64,000 nt of DNA from Halobacteriovoraceae bacterium (lineage in GTDB: Bacteria > Bdellovibrionota > Bacteriovoracia > Bacteriovoracales > Bacteriovoracaceae). Positions 60,447 to 64,000 of this stretch are shown piece by piece (the first letter of the stretch is position 1; each line of letters starts with the position of its first letter). The position numbers and the translations under genes are program-made. The DNA lies in assembly GCA_963719505.1 (NCBI GenBank), contig CAVRCF010000002.1, positions 96,001 through 160,000 on the forward strand, read 5' to 3'. A model generated the notes under the pieces. That model ran no database searches and had not been told where the DNA came from. It saw nothing but the letters and a program-made list of their open reading frames with translations.

Positions 60447-61346
60447 TTATTTAGGCTGAAGCATAAAGCCAATTGATGGGGCAGGAACACACCAGTAGTC
60501 TCGACAACACTTTTTGTTCACGGCACTTTCTCTTACATCATAGCGACCACTGGCCGCACTACCTCTTGTAAAGCCTGCTCTGCAACTAGGAGTACATGTT
60601 TGCCTACTCGTTCTTCGACATCTTTTATTGGAGACGGTGCATCTGGATTTATAATTAGTGGGAGTATTTGCTGTGAGAACTCCATCCACAGAATATAGAG
60701 GGGTCTTATTATAAGCCTCTCCCAATCCTCGGTCCACTATTTCTCCCACAGTTTCTCCTGTTAAAACACAGTCTCCGGATCCATTTATAGCACCGCCAAC
60801 AGCTTCGCATGATGAAGCGATAGCATTATCCAATTGCGAAAAACACTTGATGGGAACATTGATATTTGTTGGTGAAAATCCACCTTGGAGCTCAATTCTC
60901 TTTTTTATCAGACGCTCTTTTGTAGGACTTCTATCTTTATCAAATGTTATAACAAGGTCTAGTTCAGAAGCGGTTTTTCGCACAAATGCGATATCTTCAA
61001 CAAAGATTGTCCCGACTTGATCCCCCACAGATATTTGGGGAATCGCAGCACCCGGTCCTATTTTTGTTTTTATTGATTTTCCAGTTCCAAAGCTTTGCTC
61101 TAGAGTCGGGTTAATGGGAATTGATGTAAACTGGGTGAGAGTTGCTGCACAACTTTCTCTATTTAGCATATACTTTTGAACTCTATTAAAGACTTCGTTG
61201 ATGTCATTATTCATTTGGGACTCTCGATTAATTTGAGATGAGTTTTTCCCAAGTTGAGCAACGACTAAGGCGATTCCACCAACAGCGGCTGCGGCCATGA
61301 GGACGCTTATCATCGACATACCATTTTGGTTTCTTAAAAAATTCAT
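60447..61346 (-). CDS. Type IV prepilin-like protein (no E5) with a Cys/Arg-rich C-terminal tip
   Basis: MNFLRNQNG|MSMISVLMAAAAVGGIALVVAQL; AGGAG RBS before ATG 61346. Confidence 0.75.
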   Translation of the reverse strand: MNFLRNQNGMSMISVLMAAAAVGGIALVVAQLGKNSSQINRESQMNNDINEVFNRVQKYMLNRESCAATLTQFTSIPINPTLEQSFGTGKSIKTKIGPGAAIPQISVGDQVGTIFVEDIAFVRKTASELDLVITFDKDRSPTKERLIKKRIELQGGFSPTNINVPIKCFSQLDNAIASSCEAVGGAINGSGDCVLTGETVGEIVDRGLGEAYNKTPLYSVDGVLTANTPTNYKSRCTVSNKRCRRTSRQTCTPSCRAGFTRGSAASGRYDVRESAVNKKCCRDYWCVPAPSIGFMLQPK

Positions 61347-61589
61347 ACGCACTCCTAAAGCCTTCATTATATTTAGTTTTCTTTAATAATAAAGTTTGGC
61401 AACCTTTTCCGGACCTTCCATTTTGGGTTTAAAGGCATTATACATGCCCACACAAATCAAGAAGTAAAATTAGTGACTTAGAGGATCTTATGAATATTTG
61501 CGCCAACAAAACATTGCAGATACTTTGTACTATATGAACTTATAGATCTGCTTAGACTCACATATTTAGATGAGACATTTTACCATTAT

Positions 61590-62459
61590 TTAAAGGTTAA
61601 AATAGTGGCCAATAGGAGGATTCGCTTTTCGACAGTCTCTATAACAATTTCTCCATCTGGGTTTAAATCCACATAGATCACCTTTAGAACATTTTCCACC
61701 TAAATCTGTAAACCCGGATGGACAACTCGGAGGAGAACAACCGCTTTTACTACATTTTGAACATGTTTTTCTCGTTGTTGTATAGGTTAATGTCGACTTA
61801 AGACTACCATCACTATCAAGGTATATAGGCTTTTTTATGGGGTTTAAGATATCTTTAACGATTCTATCTTTAGTCGCATTCGTGAGTTCGCAGTGAGTGC
61901 CGGTAAGTGTTCCACCAACAGATTGACAAGCAGAAGCAATTGCTCCATCTAATTGAGAAAAACATTTAATCGGTTTTCCAGCCCCATTGAATTCAGTAGT
62001 GACCTCAAATCTTTTTCTTAAGATATTTTTGTTGAGTGGTCCCGGCTTTGGATCTCTATCAAAGTCCAAGATAAAGACTGCCTCGTTTGTAGAAACTCTT
62101 TCAAAATCAATTTTATCTAAAACCACTTTTGATGAGCCACCTAATTTGTCCCCAACTTTAAGTTTCTCAACTGGGGCTGCGGGAGGGAAGTGGGTCCAAA
62201 TTGAATTTACTGAAACGGTATTGCTAATAGAGACATTTGGAATATAGGTTAAGGTTTCTGAACAGCTGTCACTGTTGAGTAGATACTTTTGAATCCTATT
62301 AAATGCTTCGTTTATTTCTGCTGAGTTTGTGGCGTTTAATGTTACTTTCGCCGAGTTTTGTCCAAGTTGTGCGACAACAAGCGCGATACCTGCAGTCATG
62401 GCTGCGGCCATCATAACTGATACCAATGACAAACCTGTTTGATTTTTTTAAAATTTCAT
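61590..62459 (-). CDS. Type IV prepilin-like paralogue with a Cys-rich tip; codon 4 reads TAA
   Basis: ATG 62459 with a GGGGA RBS gives MKF*KNQTG|LSLVSVMMAAAMTAGIALVVAQL, in frame with the tracked ORF. Confidence 0.72.
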
Positions 62460-62642
62460 TTATTCCCCTAAGTTTTTTTAGGTCAATTTAAAAAATATTG
62501 GAAACCTTCTCCAAGCTATTCGTTCTTGGTTTAAGAATATTATATATGAGTTTATATTGCGGTAAGCAATTTTAGGTAGTTATATAAACTTTTACTAAAA
62601 TAGCGCCAAAAAAAAGTTGCAGATTATGGTTTATGTGTAGGT

Positions 62643-63869
62643 TTAAATTTCTGTAAAAGTCATATATTCGAATAAAACGACTCCATCTCCACCTCTACCA
62701 CCACTTCTGCAGTCAGCAGCATTTTTCTCTCCTCCAGCTCCACCTGATCCGGTAACACCAGACCTTCCGGACCTATTTGAGCTATAGGGAGCGCCTGGAT
62801 AGACGACATTCATAAATCGTGAGTCATAACCGTGACCGTGATTATTGCTTCTTGCTCTTCCTCCAGAGCCTGCACCGGCTGTAATTGTTATGGTGGGAAG
62901 TTGAAGAAAAGAAGTGTTACCGGCCCTTCCGTTATGTCGACTAAAGCGGCATCCACTACCTCTACCTCCGGCACCACCAGCTCCTTTTTGATATCTGATG
63001 ATATTTCCAGGAACGAGAGGATCTGTTTGAGATTTTACTAAAAATGTCTCAGAGCCGGCGGTTCCACCTGTACCATGATCGGCACAACCACAGCCACCTC
63101 CACCACCACCTCCAAGGATATTGGCCTTGAACGTTCCTTCGACAAAAGTAGAGGGCAGAGTATGAGTTCTTGGAGTTGTCGCCGTTTCATTGACCACAAT
63201 TCGTTTAAGTTCGTAGTTTTTTCCACAGATAGTTTGAGTGCCAGGGACACCTTTCCACTTCATAAACTGGCGTCTCATCTCACACTGGAGGCGAGTGTCC
63301 ACACAATCAGTATCCTGGATAGTTCCCCCAAGAGCTTCACAAGCGGAAAGAACAGCTCCGTCTAGTTGAGAGAAGCAGCGCTGTAGTGAGAGCGCTGAAA
63401 ATCTAGCTTCAAGAGCAAATTGTTTATTTGTCTGTCTCATTCCCGCGGCTGCATTAGCTTTTGAAAACTCGACCTGAAAATTTAAAAGATTTGGATTCGC
63501 CGTATCTCTGGTTGCATTCATGGCCGTAATTTCAATTGATGTATTGGGGATAAGAACTTTCGCACCCGGAGTTGAGAGTTCATAAACGGTCTCATTAGTT
63601 CCAGAGTTATTTCGAACAATTTCAGAAATGGGAACGGCCACTCCTGGACTAAAGGAGAGTCCACTAAAAGTAGCTGAGCAGTGCTGACTATTTAAAAGAA
63701 GTTTTTCTATATTACTAATCGTTGCACTTAATTCTAAAGAGGCTTTAGTGGAACTTTGAATTTTTTTTGAACTATCACCTAATTGGGCAATCACAAGAGC
63801 GATACCGGCCACAAAAGCCGCTGCGATAAGAGCACCAACCATCGAAAAACCATTTTCATCTTTTTTCAT
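62643..63869 (-). CDS. Type IV prepilin-like paralogue with a glycine-rich C-terminal domain
   Basis: MKKDENG|FSMVGALIAAAFVAGIALVIAQL; LGGGGGGG..GAGGAGG..GGRGGDGVVLFEY. Confidence 0.75.
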   Translation of the reverse strand: MKKDENGFSMVGALIAAAFVAGIALVIAQLGDSSKKIQSSTKASLELSATISNIEKLLLNSQHCSATFSGLSFSPGVAVPISEIVRNNSGTNETVYELSTPGAKVLIPNTSIEITAMNATRDTANPNLLNFQVEFSKANAAAGMRQTNKQFALEARFSALSLQRCFSQLDGAVLSACEALGGTIQDTDCVDTRLQCEMRRQFMKWKGVPGTQTICGKNYELKRIVVNETATTPRTHTLPSTFVEGTFKANILGGGGGGGCGCADHGTGGTAGSETFLVKSQTDPLVPGNIIRYQKGAGGAGGRGSGCRFSRHNGRAGNTSFLQLPTITITAGAGSGGRARSNNHGHGYDSRFMNVVYPGAPYSSNRSGRSGVTGSGGAGGEKNAADCRSGGRGGDGVVLFEYMTFTEI

Positions 63870-63879
63870 TTTTTATTCC

Positions 63880-63999
63880 TTATATCGTCGAGTACGGATA
63901 GTATGTTTGACCACATATTACTTTCGAGTTCGGGTAGCCTCGCATGAGATAATCTCTAATTTTTAACTCACAATCACCGCGGGTGAGTTCACAGTCAAC
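63880..63999 (-). CDS. 3' end of a fourth pilin-like paralogue (5' part outside the window)
   Basis: Hand translation VDCELTRGDCELKIRDYLMRGYPNSKVICGQTYYPYSTI* aligns with TDCVDTRLQCEMRRQFMKWKGVPGTQTICGKNY of the neighbouring gene. Confidence 0.7.
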   Translation of the reverse strand, partial: VDCELTRGDCELKIRDYLMRGYPNSKVICGQTYYPYSTI

Positions 64000-64000
64000 T

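Noticed and set aside
63882-63910. Sigma28-like motif upstream of the 63869 gene
   Set aside because: It lies inside the coding end of the fourth pilin paralogue and has N16 spacing; not supportable
60447-64000. True shufflon (invertible cassettes)
   Set aside because: The copies are co-oriented genes with their own N-termini (three seen in full); no inverted sfx-like repeats or recombinase in the window
1-64000. rRNA, tRNA, CRISPR array, prophage or anti-phage defence genes
   Set aside because: None recognised by eye; small ncRNAs in the spacers cannot be excluded without an Infernal/Rfam search

Overview
AT-rich bacterial chromosomal window. Its content (many Cys-rich secreted or lipoprotein ORFans, atypical prepilins, FliA/sigma28-type promoters) suggests a predatory Bdellovibrionota, Bacteriovoracaceae/Halobacteriovorax-like; this taxonomy is an inference. 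Housekeeping genes: UvrD/Rep helicase, uppP, cinA, typA, guaD, mdh, speD, murD, kynA plus a kynureninase-like gene, pepP, serC, tgt, gltA and an MscS channel. Accessory content: (i) a 1.9-19.2 kb block of large secreted or lipoprotein unknowns, including a thermolysin-clan metallopeptidase coupled to a free-standing PepSY-like gene; (ii) a small island at ~25-30 kb with a complete IS3-family (IS2-like) element showing inverted repeats and a 4-bp target duplication; (iii) a tandem array of at least four E5-less pilin-like genes at 60.4-64 kb that share a core but have different C-terminal tips. Several conserved genes (typA, mdh, pepP) carry single-base frameshifts, mostly in short homopolymers, so the sequence probably contains indel errors. 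No rRNA, tRNA or CRISPR array was seen.
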